A stretch of 64,000 bases of DNA from a candidate division TM6 bacterium GW2011_GWF2_28_16 (GTDB lineage: Bacteria > Patescibacteriota > Microgenomatia > UBA1400 > PJMF01). Both the position numbers and the translations under genes were made by a program. Where the stretch lies: positions 259,407-323,406 of the forward strand of contig CP011212.1 in NCBI GenBank assembly GCA_001029715.1, read 5' to 3'. This document shows positions 9,000-18,085 of this stretch, one piece after another. Within the stretch, counting starts at the first letter, position 1; each line of letters opens with the position of its first letter. The notes under the pieces were generated by a model. The model did no database searches. It was not told where the DNA came from and saw nothing but the letters and a program-made list of their open reading frames with translations.

Positions 9000-9629
9000 T
9001 TATCCAATTTTTTGAACTAGTTTTGGAATTTCAATAAATAAATTAGTTCTAGCATCTGCTCCTAACAATTCATCTTTTGTATAAGCAATAGCTTTCATGC
9101 CAGCTGCCTTAGCTGCGTTCATATCACTTTGAGCGTCGCCCACATAAACAGCCTCATTGGGTTTTATGGCTAATCTTTCGCACGCCAACAATAGTGGCTC
9201 TGGTTCTGGTTTATGTTTTTCTGTGTCTTCAAAAAAGACAGCAATCTGAAAAAAATTCTGTAAAGCAGTTAGCTGAGGCACGAGAGAAACTCTAGATTTC
9301 ACTCTACTTGTGACTATCGCTAAGGCGTATTTTTTGCTTAATATTTTAAGAGTGCTTTCACAGTTATCTGGGATAGTTATCGATTTTTCTTGATAAGGCA
9401 CTGCATGGCTTTTACCCAGTAGCCAAATTCTTTGCACTTCTTTTTCGTCAGCAGTTGGAATTAACTTTGCTATGGCCTGATCCATCGGTAAATGAAATGT
9501 GGTTTTGTAAACTTCTCTAGTTGGAGGATTATATCCAGTAAAGGACATCAAGTCTTGGAAAAATTTAAAATTTGCTTCAAAGGAGTCTAGCAAAACACCG
9601 TCGACGTCGAAAATAACTGCTTTGATCAT
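9000..9629 (-). CDS. HAD-superfamily hydrolase (beta-phosphoglucomutase-like phosphatase)
   Basis: Motif I IFDVDGVLLDS; motif IV VGDAQSDMNAAKAAGM. Confidence 0.85.
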   Translation of the reverse strand: MIKAVIFDVDGVLLDSFEANFKFFQDLMSFTGYNPPTREVYKTTFHLPMDQAIAKLIPTADEKEVQRIWLLGKSHAVPYQEKSITIPDNCESTLKILSKKYALAIVTSRVKSRVSLVPQLTALQNFFQIAVFFEDTEKHKPEPEPLLLACERLAIKPNEAVYVGDAQSDMNAAKAAGMKAIAYTKDELLGADARTNLFIEIPKLVQKIG

Positions 9630-9662
9630 GGTTGAATTATATTATATATGGAAAGAGATTTT

Positions 9663-10028
9663 TTATTTTGGAGTTTCTTCGGCTTCGACAAAGTCTTTGA
9701 TTAGGGCAACGATAAATTTGCCACCATCTTCGGTGGGGAAAAAGATGGATCTACTAGACTCATCAAAAGAAAGTTGTTTCCAATATTTTTCTAACCCGAG
9801 ACTATTTATTTCTGCAAATTCTGGCCATTTTTTTAAAATGGCTTCTAATTCTTCTGCATTATTAAATTTTTTATCAATTACCAACTCATCAAGAAAACGT
9901 TTTAACATTTTAAGTGTAGGAATGGTTACACGTTCAATATAAGTACCAGTTCCATCTTCTGGAGTTTTCTTTTTATCATATTTTTGAAGAAGCTTGCTTT
10001 CTAAATGAGCGCCTGTAATATTTTCCAT
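9663..10028 (-). CDS. hypothetical small protein, paralog of 6564..6938
   Basis: Paralogous block LKRFLDELVIDKKFNNAEELEAILKKWPEFAEIN...KYW. The tracked ORF begins at a GTG at 10064; the ATG at 10028 (MENITG) is the more likely start. Confidence 0.55.
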   Translation of the reverse strand: MENITGAHLESKLLQKYDKKKTPEDGTGTYIERVTIPTLKMLKRFLDELVIDKKFNNAEELEAILKKWPEFAEINSLGLEKYWKQLSFDESSRSIFFPTEDGGKFIVALIKDFVEAEETPK

Positions 10029-10174
10029 TTTTTTGTACCTTTCAAAATGTTGATGCGGAGGCACTGCACTCTTCGAGTACTAGGCAGGTACTTTGTACTT
10101 GCCGTCGGGATTTGAGAAATTCTATTTTCTATCACATAGATAATCATCTCAGTTGCACTGAATGTTTATCTATG

Positions 10175-10257
10175 CGGAGGCACTGGGATTTGAACCCAGG
10201 AACCCCGAAGGGTCAGGTTTAGCAAACCTGTGCAATTGGCCACTATGCGATGCCTCC
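10175..10257 (-). tRNA. tRNA-Ser (anticodon GCU), CCA not encoded
   Basis: Reverse-complement cloverleaf: acceptor GGAGGCA/TGCCTCC, anticodon stem CAGGT/ACCTG with loop TTGCTAA, long variable arm, T arm CTGGG-TTCAAAT-CCCAG, discriminator G. Confidence 0.85.
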
Positions 10258-10442
10258 TTTTTAAAAATACTAGACGATTATAGCAGAAAGATTATTCTAA
10301 CTCTCTAGAATTTATTCCTTTTTTTCCGTACTTATATAAATTTAGTTTTTTAATTTTCATGCGCAGCTGTTTAGAAAGTTTGTTGAGTTTTTGCTTTAGA
10401 AAAAACGGAAACTTTCGTTAAGCAAGCATGAGAGTAAAAAAA

Positions 10443-12164
10443 TTAATGCATCTCCGAGCTTCTTTCTTTCAAGAAGTTTCTCCAAGATTCGATGACGCGA
10501 ATGGAGGTGGAGAATGGCAAATCAATAACGGCGGTGAAGAGGGCAGCAAAGATATTATATTTTTTCCACTGATTAGAAAACCATTGTCCAATTTTGGCTA
10601 AAGGAATGGAAAAGAGTTCGAGTAAAAATTCAGTAAAGCTGACGTGATCTTCGATAGTGATTTCTTTAGATTTTGATTTAATAGCCATGGCCGCGAAGAA
10701 GACCATTGCAACGTTGACGGTGTCGAGATACATGGAGGTCCAAGGTACGCGACCGATCTCAAAAATCCAGAAAATAAAACGCATGGCAGCTAGTCCGCAA
10801 AAAACAGAAATGGCAATAAAAACAAAATTAAGGACTTTATTTTTCTTACGGCGAAAATCGACTTCGTAAACATCTTCACTACTATGTTTATGGATAATTT
10901 TAGAAACCTCTCCTTGAACAATCTTTAAATTGCTGTCTTTTGGAGGGCGAATGACGATCACTAAAATAAACATTACTAAACTAGGAATAAGTAAATCTAC
11001 AAAAAGTGAAAGGATGCTAAATTCTTTACCAGCTAGTTTAGCAACTGGACCTTCAAAGATAATAAAACTGGCAATACCAGCTACAAAAATAGATAAAGTT
11101 GAATAAATAGCGGAACGGAAAAGGCGACTCTTAAGACTTTTCTTACGTTTAAAGTAAGCTTCTTTGATCATTTCCTTAAGTTCTTCTGGATTGGCTAATT
11201 TTTCTTTGACCACATCTGGAGTGTTATTGATTCTATCAAGTACATCACCAATAATGCGATAAGCTGCATCATATTTGCCAGCTAATTTGTAGAAATGTTT
11301 ACCTTCTTCACTATTGAGATCCTCTTCAATCTGTTGGCGAACTTCATGAACTTGTCTCATGACATTTTCTATACTTTCTTCTGTTTCTTCAACCCAGAAA
11401 GGATAGCGGATTTTAATGACATTATAAGAAATGATTGGATCATCAAAATTATAAAGAGTACGCATACTAGCGATATAAATTTGAATGAGGCGATCAAGGT
11501 CGCTCATTTTATCGCTGGGTAAAATGCGATTACGTTCAAAAATAACGTTAGTCATTAGATTAAGCAAGGCGTTTTCTTTAAAAGCTGGGGCTAAAACCTC
11601 TTCAATTTCGCAAGCGGCAACTTCTAGCATCCAGGTATAAAATTCCATTTTGTTTTTAACATGTTTCTTGCTTTGGGAGTTGGGAAGGTTGGAATTATCT
11701 AAAATACGAATGTATTTGGAAAGAATATTTTCGATTTCCTTGATTTGTTTTTTAGCAATTTTGCCATTGTCGAAGTAACCACTACGCATCAGCTCTAAAA
11801 TCATTGGTTCAGCCATTTCAGTGGCGTTCAAATTTGGAAGTATGCTAATTCCATAGAGTTCCGAAACTAAACGACGTTTAAGAATGCGTTCAATGGCTCC
11901 ACGACGCAATAAATTTTCTTCTTTCCAATCAATAACTTTTCTGACCTGTTCATAAACACTGGCAATTTTAGAAGCCAGTTCATCTACCTCAAGAGGGGAA
12001 ATAATTGCTCGATGTTGATACTCCCAGTCCATCTGGTATTGCTTAGTGTATTCTTTAGCGTAAGCAGAAAGCTCTCTAGGCTCAACAATCTTTTTTTCTT
12101 GCTTTACTTCTTCTACTTTTATTTCAGTTTGATTTTCGTTATCTGGCATAAACAATTTCTTCAA
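10443..12164 (-). CDS. hypothetical protein: ~350 aa cytoplasmic N-domain plus C-terminal multi-pass membrane domain
   Basis: 573 aa. The C-terminal third contains several hydrophobic helices. No recognisable catalytic motif. Confidence 0.55.
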   Translation of the reverse strand: MKKLFMPDNENQTEIKVEEVKQEKKIVEPRELSAYAKEYTKQYQMDWEYQHRAIISPLEVDELASKIASVYEQVRKVIDWKEENLLRRGAIERILKRRLVSELYGISILPNLNATEMAEPMILELMRSGYFDNGKIAKKQIKEIENILSKYIRILDNSNLPNSQSKKHVKNKMEFYTWMLEVAACEIEEVLAPAFKENALLNLMTNVIFERNRILPSDKMSDLDRLIQIYIASMRTLYNFDDPIISYNVIKIRYPFWVEETEESIENVMRQVHEVRQQIEEDLNSEEGKHFYKLAGKYDAAYRIIGDVLDRINNTPDVVKEKLANPEELKEMIKEAYFKRKKSLKSRLFRSAIYSTLSIFVAGIASFIIFEGPVAKLAGKEFSILSLFVDLLIPSLVMFILVIVIRPPKDSNLKIVQGEVSKIIHKHSSEDVYEVDFRRKKNKVLNFVFIAISVFCGLAAMRFIFWIFEIGRVPWTSMYLDTVNVAMVFFAAMAIKSKSKEITIEDHVSFTEFLLELFSIPLAKIGQWFSNQWKKYNIFAALFTAVIDLPFSTSIRVIESWRNFLKERSSEMH

Positions 12165-12197
12165 TCTTCAATAGATTATAGCAAATTTTTCTTTATA

Positions 12198-13079
12198 ATG
12201 AGCAACATGCCTGATAAATACACCGCCGTTTGGGTTTCCCACACATCTATTAGTGATTTTTTGCAGTGTCCTAGAGCATATTACCTCAAGAATGTTTATA
12301 AAGATCCAAAAACCAACCATAAAGTTCAATTAATGTCGCCACCTCTGGCGCTTGGTCAAGTAGTGCATAGTGTTCTTGAGTCTCTATCAGTTTTACCGAC
12401 CACAGAGCGTTTTAAAGAGTCATTAATTGTTAAATTTGAGCGTAAATGGAAAGAAGTCTCTGGCAAGAGAGGCGGATTTTTTGATGCAGAGACAGAAGAG
12501 CAATATAAAAATCGTGGCAAAGAAATGTTGCTTAAGGTTATGGAAAATCCTGGTCCTTTAACTGGTTTGGCAGTCAAAATTAAAGAGGATTTGCCACATT
12601 ATTGGTTATCTGAAGATGAGGGCATTATTCTTTGCGGCAAGATTGATTGGCTAGAATATCTCAAGGATAGTGACAGCGTCAATATTATTGATTTTAAGAC
12701 TAGTAAAAGCCAAGAAAACGACAGTTCTCTACAGTTACCAATTTATCATCTCTTAGTTCACAATTGCCAGCATCGCAGTGTCAGTAAAGCCAGTTATTGG
12801 TATTTAGGTCTTGATGAAATTGTGGAAAAAACTTTGCCAGATTTGGAAGAAGCTCATGATCAAATTCTCAAAATTGCCAAAGAAATGAAATTAGCTCGTC
12901 AACTGGAGCGTTTCAAATGTCCACATGGCGAAGACGGTTGTTTTGCTTGCAAACCTTTTGAAAAAATTATCCAAGGCGAAGCTGAGTTTGTGGGCGAAAA
13001 TGATTATCGTCAAGACATTTACGTCATGGAGCGATCCAAAAAAGAATTATCTAAAGAAGAAAATAGCGAGTTAATTTAG
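12198..13079 (+). CDS. PD-(D/E)XK nuclease superfamily protein (Cas4/RecB-like) with C-terminal Cys cluster
   Basis: N-terminal SISDFLQCPRAYYLK; IIDFKTSK (D..K motif); C-terminal CPHGEDGCFAC Fe-S-type cluster. Start trimmed to the ATG at 12198 to avoid overlap with the upstream minus-strand gene. Confidence 0.7.
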   Translation: MSNMPDKYTAVWVSHTSISDFLQCPRAYYLKNVYKDPKTNHKVQLMSPPLALGQVVHSVLESLSVLPTTERFKESLIVKFERKWKEVSGKRGGFFDAETEEQYKNRGKEMLLKVMENPGPLTGLAVKIKEDLPHYWLSEDEGIILCGKIDWLEYLKDSDSVNIIDFKTSKSQENDSSLQLPIYHLLVHNCQHRSVSKASYWYLGLDEIVEKTLPDLEEAHDQILKIAKEMKLARQLERFKCPHGEDGCFACKPFEKIIQGEAEFVGENDYRQDIYVMERSKKELSKEENSELI

Positions 13080-13080
13080 T

Positions 13081-13386
13081 TTATTTGCTAGGATCTAGAA
13101 CTAAATCCTTGAAGCGACCATCTCTAAGTAAAAGCGCAATGACTGCATAAACGGCAATATCTTGCCAATTTTCATAACAGCTCTCATTTTCAGGTTCAGC
13201 CCCAGTACTAGCCAAGTTTTGTAAACGACGTAGTTTGTCATTAATGCGGAAAATAATGCCCATCTCGCCATTGTCTAGAATGTTGTCTTTGCCGTAGTCT
13301 TTATTCTTTTTGATAAAAATCTTTAGCAATTTAGCTAATTCTTCGTCAAAAGCTTGATCTAGATGTTGTGGTTTGGTTTGAGGCAT
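13081..13386 (-). CDS. hypothetical small protein (possibly DUF1599-like)
   Basis: 101 aa; KNKDYGKDN block; no confident assignment. Confidence 0.45.
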   Translation of the reverse strand: MPQTKPQHLDQAFDEELAKLLKIFIKKNKDYGKDNILDNGEMGIIFRINDKLRRLQNLASTGAEPENESCYENWQDIAVYAVIALLLRDGRFKDLVLDPSK

Positions 13387-13428
13387 AGCTAATATATTAA
13401 CAAATTTTTAATTTTTGACTAGACTAGT

Positions 13429-14607
13429 TTAATAATTAACGTGCAAATAATAAGAGTCAAAATTATCTGATTGTTTAACTCTGACATATTTTAAGACACC
13501 TCCACCACAGGCCATGCTACCTCTATATAATTCTCCATCTTTTACTGCTTTGACCGTTGCATTAGTGCTGACAATATCTATTCCAGTATGAATATCGTTG
13601 GCATAGCGAGAAGAATATGATGTTGAGCCGTACCCTTGTGTTACTCGGATTGAGTCATTTAGTGGCCAATTCCAGTTTCCACTTCCATTGCGTGCAGGAT
13701 CAATATTATCCCATATTAAGCCAATGTTTTTTAAAAGATCAAAAGGATTTCTACGGTTTCCATTTTGTGCAACTTCAAAATGTAGATGTGTCCCAGTGGA
13801 ACATGCAGATTTCCCTTGAATGATAGACGCCACTCTGTCTCCTTCTTTTATATCTCCGACTTTTACTTCTGTTCCCAAGCCAGCTACAATGCCACGAATA
13901 GCTGCTAATTCAGCCCGTGCAGCTGCTAATTTTTGTTGATAAACGGATTCATTGTTTTTTGTTTCTTTTAATAAATTATCTTTACTAGCTTTTTGAGAAT
14001 CTAGAATATTTTTTTGACTCTGCAATTCTTTTCTTTTTTGCTCTACCTCTGCTTGTTTAGTTTCTTTAAGATCTTTTTGTTGATTGTAAGTTAGTCGTTG
14101 TAACTCAGTCTTTTTCATAATGTCTAGGGTTTGTTCTTGAGCGACATTGACATAACGATATTGACTAATAAAACCATTAAAAGAGTCGGCTGCAAAAAGA
14201 TTATTTTTGTAAGGCAGGCGACTTTGTTTGTAGCTTTCACGAATTCTTTTGATCAGAATTTCACTCAAACGATTGAGAGAAATACCTAAACCTTCAATTC
14301 TTTCTGAAAGCTCGGTAATTTCTTTTTCCAAGGCATTGATTTCGGCAGCGGTTTGTTGAATTTTAAGACTTTGAACTCTAATTTGGCCATTAATAATATC
14401 GATGGTTGACTGGAGGGTATTAGCCTCTGATTGAGCTCTATTTACTTCTCCTTGCCAACATCCTTCAAGCTTTTCTAGACAATTTTCGTAATTATCAGAA
14501 CCTTCGGTGCAATTATATTGTTGATCACAATCCTCAGCTCTGACCACCGCTGGAGAGAACAAAAAAACAGCTAGTAGAATCAGAAAATAGCTTATAGTTT
14601 TTCTCAT
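13429..14607 (-). CDS. M23 family metallopeptidase with N-terminal coiled-coil (EnvC/PcsB-like FtsEX partner)
   Basis: Signal peptide MRKTISYFLILLAVFLF; long coiled-coil; C-terminal M23 HxH site GTHLHFEV. The start was set to the ATG immediately after the ftsX stop. Confidence 0.8.
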   Translation of the reverse strand: MRKTISYFLILLAVFLFSPAVVRAEDCDQQYNCTEGSDNYENCLEKLEGCWQGEVNRAQSEANTLQSTIDIINGQIRVQSLKIQQTAAEINALEKEITELSERIEGLGISLNRLSEILIKRIRESYKQSRLPYKNNLFAADSFNGFISQYRYVNVAQEQTLDIMKKTELQRLTYNQQKDLKETKQAEVEQKRKELQSQKNILDSQKASKDNLLKETKNNESVYQQKLAAARAELAAIRGIVAGLGTEVKVGDIKEGDRVASIIQGKSACSTGTHLHFEVAQNGNRRNPFDLLKNIGLIWDNIDPARNGSGNWNWPLNDSIRVTQGYGSTSYSSRYANDIHTGIDIVSTNATVKAVKDGELYRGSMACGGGVLKYVRVKQSDNFDSYYLHVNY

Positions 14608-14609
14608 TT

Positions 14610-15479
14610 TTATCTTTTGAGCATGCGTGCTACAGCGCTGTAGCTTGCCACAATTCCAAGGAGAATGGCCAAGACAAGGCCGGCTGCGAACTGGTAGGCA
14701 AAGAATTGCCAAGCAATAGGGAAGTTAACGATGCCTGTCAAGAAGTTTTTAAGCCAAGGGTTGGCATAAAGCATCATTGCAAAATAAATGGCAAAAGCCA
14801 AAACGCTGGACATACTACTAACAATCATTGCTTCTAGTAGATAGGGACGATTGATGTAGGCATTATTAGCACCAACAAATTTCATAATTTGGATGTTTTT
14901 TCTCTTGGCTGAAATTTTCATGGAGATGGTGGTCATAATCATTAAAAAAGAAGCCACAGTCAGAGAAATTAGCAGGAACAAACCAACTAGGCGCATGGCA
15001 TTAGTCCAACGGACTAAATTATTAATCACATCTTCCTGAAGAACGACATCTTCAACGCTACTTTCTGCGAGGAGATCGTTTTTGATGGCTTCAAGGCTTT
15101 TAGCATTTGCAGCAGCAACCTCAACACTGGATGGCAAAATTTCCTCAGTAACTAACTCTAGAAGCAAGGGATCATCTTGGTTTTCTTTTTGATAGATTTG
15201 TAAGGCTTCTTGTTGAGTAACTATTTTAACTTCTTTGACGTAAGCTTTTTCTTTCATCTTTTGGCTTATTCGAGTTAAATCTTCACTTTTGGCTTCTAAC
15301 TTCAAAAAAGCAATTACCTGAGGCTGAGTCTCAAAAAAGGAGAGTACCTTTTCGCTCCCAATGGTTAATAGGGAAAAGCAGTAGGCAATAAAAAAAGTGA
15401 TTGTTAAAAGAAAAACAGTCAAAATACTTTGATAAGGTGAGCGACGAATTGCTACTAGAGCAGAATCAAGTGCTTTCAT
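14610..15479 (-). CDS. ftsX: cell division permease FtsX
   Basis: 4 TM with a large extracytoplasmic loop between TM1 and TM2. Lies directly downstream of ftsE and overlaps it. Confidence 0.8.
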   Translation of the reverse strand: MKALDSALVAIRRSPYQSILTVFLLTITFFIAYCFSLLTIGSEKVLSFFETQPQVIAFLKLEAKSEDLTRISQKMKEKAYVKEVKIVTQQEALQIYQKENQDDPLLLELVTEEILPSSVEVAAANAKSLEAIKNDLLAESSVEDVVLQEDVINNLVRWTNAMRLVGLFLLISLTVASFLMIMTTISMKISAKRKNIQIMKFVGANNAYINRPYLLEAMIVSSMSSVLAFAIYFAMMLYANPWLKNFLTGIVNFPIAWQFFAYQFAAGLVLAILLGIVASYSAVARMLKR

Positions 15480-16389
15480 TTTTTTTCTTTTCCTCTTTTT
15501 TATCTTTGCTTTTTTCTTTTTGATCGTTGTTTTTTATCTTCTTAGAGCCAATTTTAAGTTTCAACTTGGGGAAACTTAATCTGTCAGCGAGACTTAGTTT
15601 AGGCTTGGTTTCTTCTTTTTTAGTTTCTTCTTTGGCTAGTTTATCTAATTTTTCTTTAACTTTTTCTCTTTCTTCATCAATTTTTTCTTCCCCTACTGGT
15701 TCAGGGGTCGATTCATTTTGTTTCTTTGGCTCAGATTGTTCTTTTTTATCGAGATGAATGATTTTTCCTTTGCCAAGTTCATCTAAAACTAATTGATCAT
15801 GAGTCGCAAAGAGCAGAGTAGTGCCAAGTTCATTAATCTTTTTGAGAAGTCTGGTAATTTTAATAGTAGCTTCGCTGTCTAGATTCCCAGTTGGTTCATC
15901 AGCAAAAATAATTTTAGGACCAACTGACAGAGCTCTAGCAATACTAACTCGTTGAGCCTCTCCTCCTGACAGTTGTCTTGGGAATTGAAGGGCTTTGTCT
16001 GCTAGACCAATTAAATTAAGCAGATCGGTAACTCTAGATTCGATCTCTTCGTCTTTTTTATTACTGATGTAAAGGGGTAGAGCAATGTTTTCCCAGACGT
16101 TCATCTCCTCTATTAATTTATAATCTTGAAAGACGACGCCAATTTTTCGACGTAGCGCGGGAATTTCTGAATTTTTAAGTTGACTAAGTGGGGCATTTTC
16201 AAAAGTGATTTCTCCGCTTGTGGGGAGATATTCTCTAATGAGTAATTTCATTAGAGTGGTCTTGCCTGCTCCAGATGGTCCTGTGATGACCAAAAGATCA
16301 CCTTCATTAATTTCTAGATTCAAGTCAACGATGGCGGTTTGTTTATCAGCAAAAGACTTACTGACAGATGAAAAAACTATCATGGGCAC
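15466..16389 (-). CDS. ftsE: cell division ATP-binding protein FtsE with ~90-aa Lys/Glu-rich C-terminal extension
   Basis: Walker A GPSGAGKTT, signature LSGGEAQRVSIARAL, Walker [13 protein letters not shown]. Low-complexity KE-rich tail. Confidence 0.9.
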   Translation of the reverse strand: MPMIVFSSVSKSFADKQTAIVDLNLEINEGDLLVITGPSGAGKTTLMKLLIREYLPTSGEITFENAPLSQLKNSEIPALRRKIGVVFQDYKLIEEMNVWENIALPLYISNKKDEEIESRVTDLLNLIGLADKALQFPRQLSGGEAQRVSIARALSVGPKIIFADEPTGNLDSEATIKITRLLKKINELGTTLLFATHDQLVLDELGKGKIIHLDKKEQSEPKKQNESTPEPVGEEKIDEEREKVKEKLDKLAKEETKKEETKPKLSLADRLSFPKLKLKIGSKKIKNNDQKEKSKDKKEEKKKNEST

Positions 16390-16408
16390 GAAGTCTATTT
16401 AAGCATGT

Positions 16409-16990
16409 TTACTCTAAAGTTTGAATAGGAGCTTCTGCATCTACGTTGATTACTTCAACTCGACCTACATCCATGAACCAACCGGCTTTATCTGCCTTGA
16501 AGGTTTCACCGTAAATTTTGGCTTCAGTGCCAGCGAGTTTATCTAGATCGACAACAGAGGAAGTTAGGGCAACAGTTTGAGTTTCTCCACCTTCTCTTAG
16601 TAGTTTATGAGAGCCTTCGCCATCTACACCACCTTTTTCAATATAACCTGTAGCACTATCAGCAAAAGTATCTTTGTCTTGCACACCAAAAACATCTCCA
16701 TTTTTGATCTTACTGCCTTCTTCAATGGTGACATTTTGCATCAAAGAAGCAGTTCCCTTGCTCTTGAGCTTAAAAGCACCGAAACCAGTCATGATGCCAG
16801 CTAAAACAGCGACACTGCAAATGATAATAAAGGTTTTTTTGACTTTTTTGCTCATAAGATCTTGATTTTGCCTCAAATCTCTCATTTCGTCAACTCGATT
16901 TTGATTGACAGTTCCTATTTCTTGTCCAACTTGTTGTTCGACTTGTTGTTCTGATTGGTTTGATTGATCTTCTAATTGCATTTTATACAT
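16409..16990 (-). CDS. hypothetical membrane-anchored protein
   Basis: Q/E-rich N-terminus, single TM (FIIICSVAVLAGIMTGFGAF), extracytoplasmic C-domain. Confidence 0.5.
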   Translation of the reverse strand: MYKMQLEDQSNQSEQQVEQQVGQEIGTVNQNRVDEMRDLRQNQDLMSKKVKKTFIIICSVAVLAGIMTGFGAFKLKSKGTASLMQNVTIEEGSKIKNGDVFGVQDKDTFADSATGYIEKGGVDGEGSHKLLREGGETQTVALTSSVVDLDKLAGTEAKIYGETFKADKAGWFMDVGRVEVINVDAEAPIQTLE

Positions 16991-17015
16991 ATCTTTTTAT
17001 TTTAGACCAATTTAC

Positions 17016-18071
17016 TTAGTTTTTTCCATAATGAATAAAACTAAGTACAAATTGATCCAAATCCCCGTCCAAAACACTGCTACTTTGGCTAGTTTCTACT
17101 TGAGTGCGAGTGTCTTTAACTAATTGATAAGGATGAAGAACATAATTGCGGATTTGAGTCCCCCAACTAGCATTTTGGTGCTGACCTTTGGCACTTTGCA
17201 ATTCGTTTTCAAGTCTTTCTTCTTCGATTTTAGCTAATTTGGCTTTAAGCATTTTAATTGCTCTTTCTCGGTTTTGAATTTGACTGCGCTCTTCACGACA
17301 TTTAACGGTAATATTACTTGGTACATGGGTTAATTCTACTGCAGAGCTAGTTTTATTAACTGACTGTCCGCCAGCCCCACCAGCACGAGTAAAATTCCAT
17401 TCAAGATCGCTATCCTTGATCTCAATATCATTTTGTTGGTCAAGTAGAGGTAAAACTTCAACCAGAGCAAAAGAAGTTTGTCTGAGACTATCAGCATTGA
17501 AAGGACTTTGGCGCACCAAGCGATGAGTGCCTTGTTCGCCTTTGAGATAGCCATAGGCGTATTCTTCTTCAATTTCGAAAACTGCTTCTTTGATGCCAGC
17601 ATCTTCTCCCCTAATTTCTGAAACAAATCTATATTTCCAGCCTTTTCTCTCGAAATAGCGCTGATACATACGCTTCATCATCTCTGCCCAGTCCATAGCT
17701 TCAGTGCCACCTTGACCAGGATGGATAGAAAGAATGGCGTAAGAACGATCATATTTGCCACTGAGATATTGTTTAAGTTCAGCTTCTTTAAAAATCTTTT
17801 CTAGGTTTTTGGCAATTCTTTCAGAGTCTTCACTGAGTTCTAGTTCAATGGCGGCTTCTAAATCATCACAAAGTTTTTCTAAAACTTCCAAGCTTTTAAC
17901 TTCTTTTTGCAAAGCAGAAAGTAGTTGCATCTTAGTTCTAGAATCTTCAGTTTGCCAGAAGTCTTCTCTTTCACTTTCTTTTTCGATTATTCCAATTTCA
18001 GCTTTTTTTTCTATCAATTTAGAATCAAGCAAAAGTTTGCGACAATTGGCGATTAAAGTGTCTTGGTCCAT
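17016..18071 (-). CDS. prfB: peptide chain release factor 2
   Basis: SPF tripeptide (RQSPFN) and GGQ loop (AGGAGGQSVNKTSSAV). Single continuous ORF. Confidence 0.9.
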   Translation of the reverse strand: MDQDTLIANCRKLLLDSKLIEKKAEIGIIEKESEREDFWQTEDSRTKMQLLSALQKEVKSLEVLEKLCDDLEAAIELELSEDSERIAKNLEKIFKEAELKQYLSGKYDRSYAILSIHPGQGGTEAMDWAEMMKRMYQRYFERKGWKYRFVSEIRGEDAGIKEAVFEIEEEYAYGYLKGEQGTHRLVRQSPFNADSLRQTSFALVEVLPLLDQQNDIEIKDSDLEWNFTRAGGAGGQSVNKTSSAVELTHVPSNITVKCREERSQIQNRERAIKMLKAKLAKIEEERLENELQSAKGQHQNASWGTQIRNYVLHPYQLVKDTRTQVETSQSSSVLDGDLDQFVLSFIHYGKN

Positions 18072-18085
18072 ATCTAATCTGTATT

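Noticed and set aside
12012-12197. 5' extension of the Cas4-like nuclease ORF
   Set aside because: The extension overlaps the 573-aa minus-strand gene by ~150 nt and encodes low-complexity F/L-rich sequence. An ATG at 12198 gives the expected nuclease N-terminus.
14608-14712. N-terminal extension of the M23 peptidase ORF
   Set aside because: It overlaps the ftsX 3' end. The ATG at 14607 sits right after the ftsX stop and begins a clean signal peptide.
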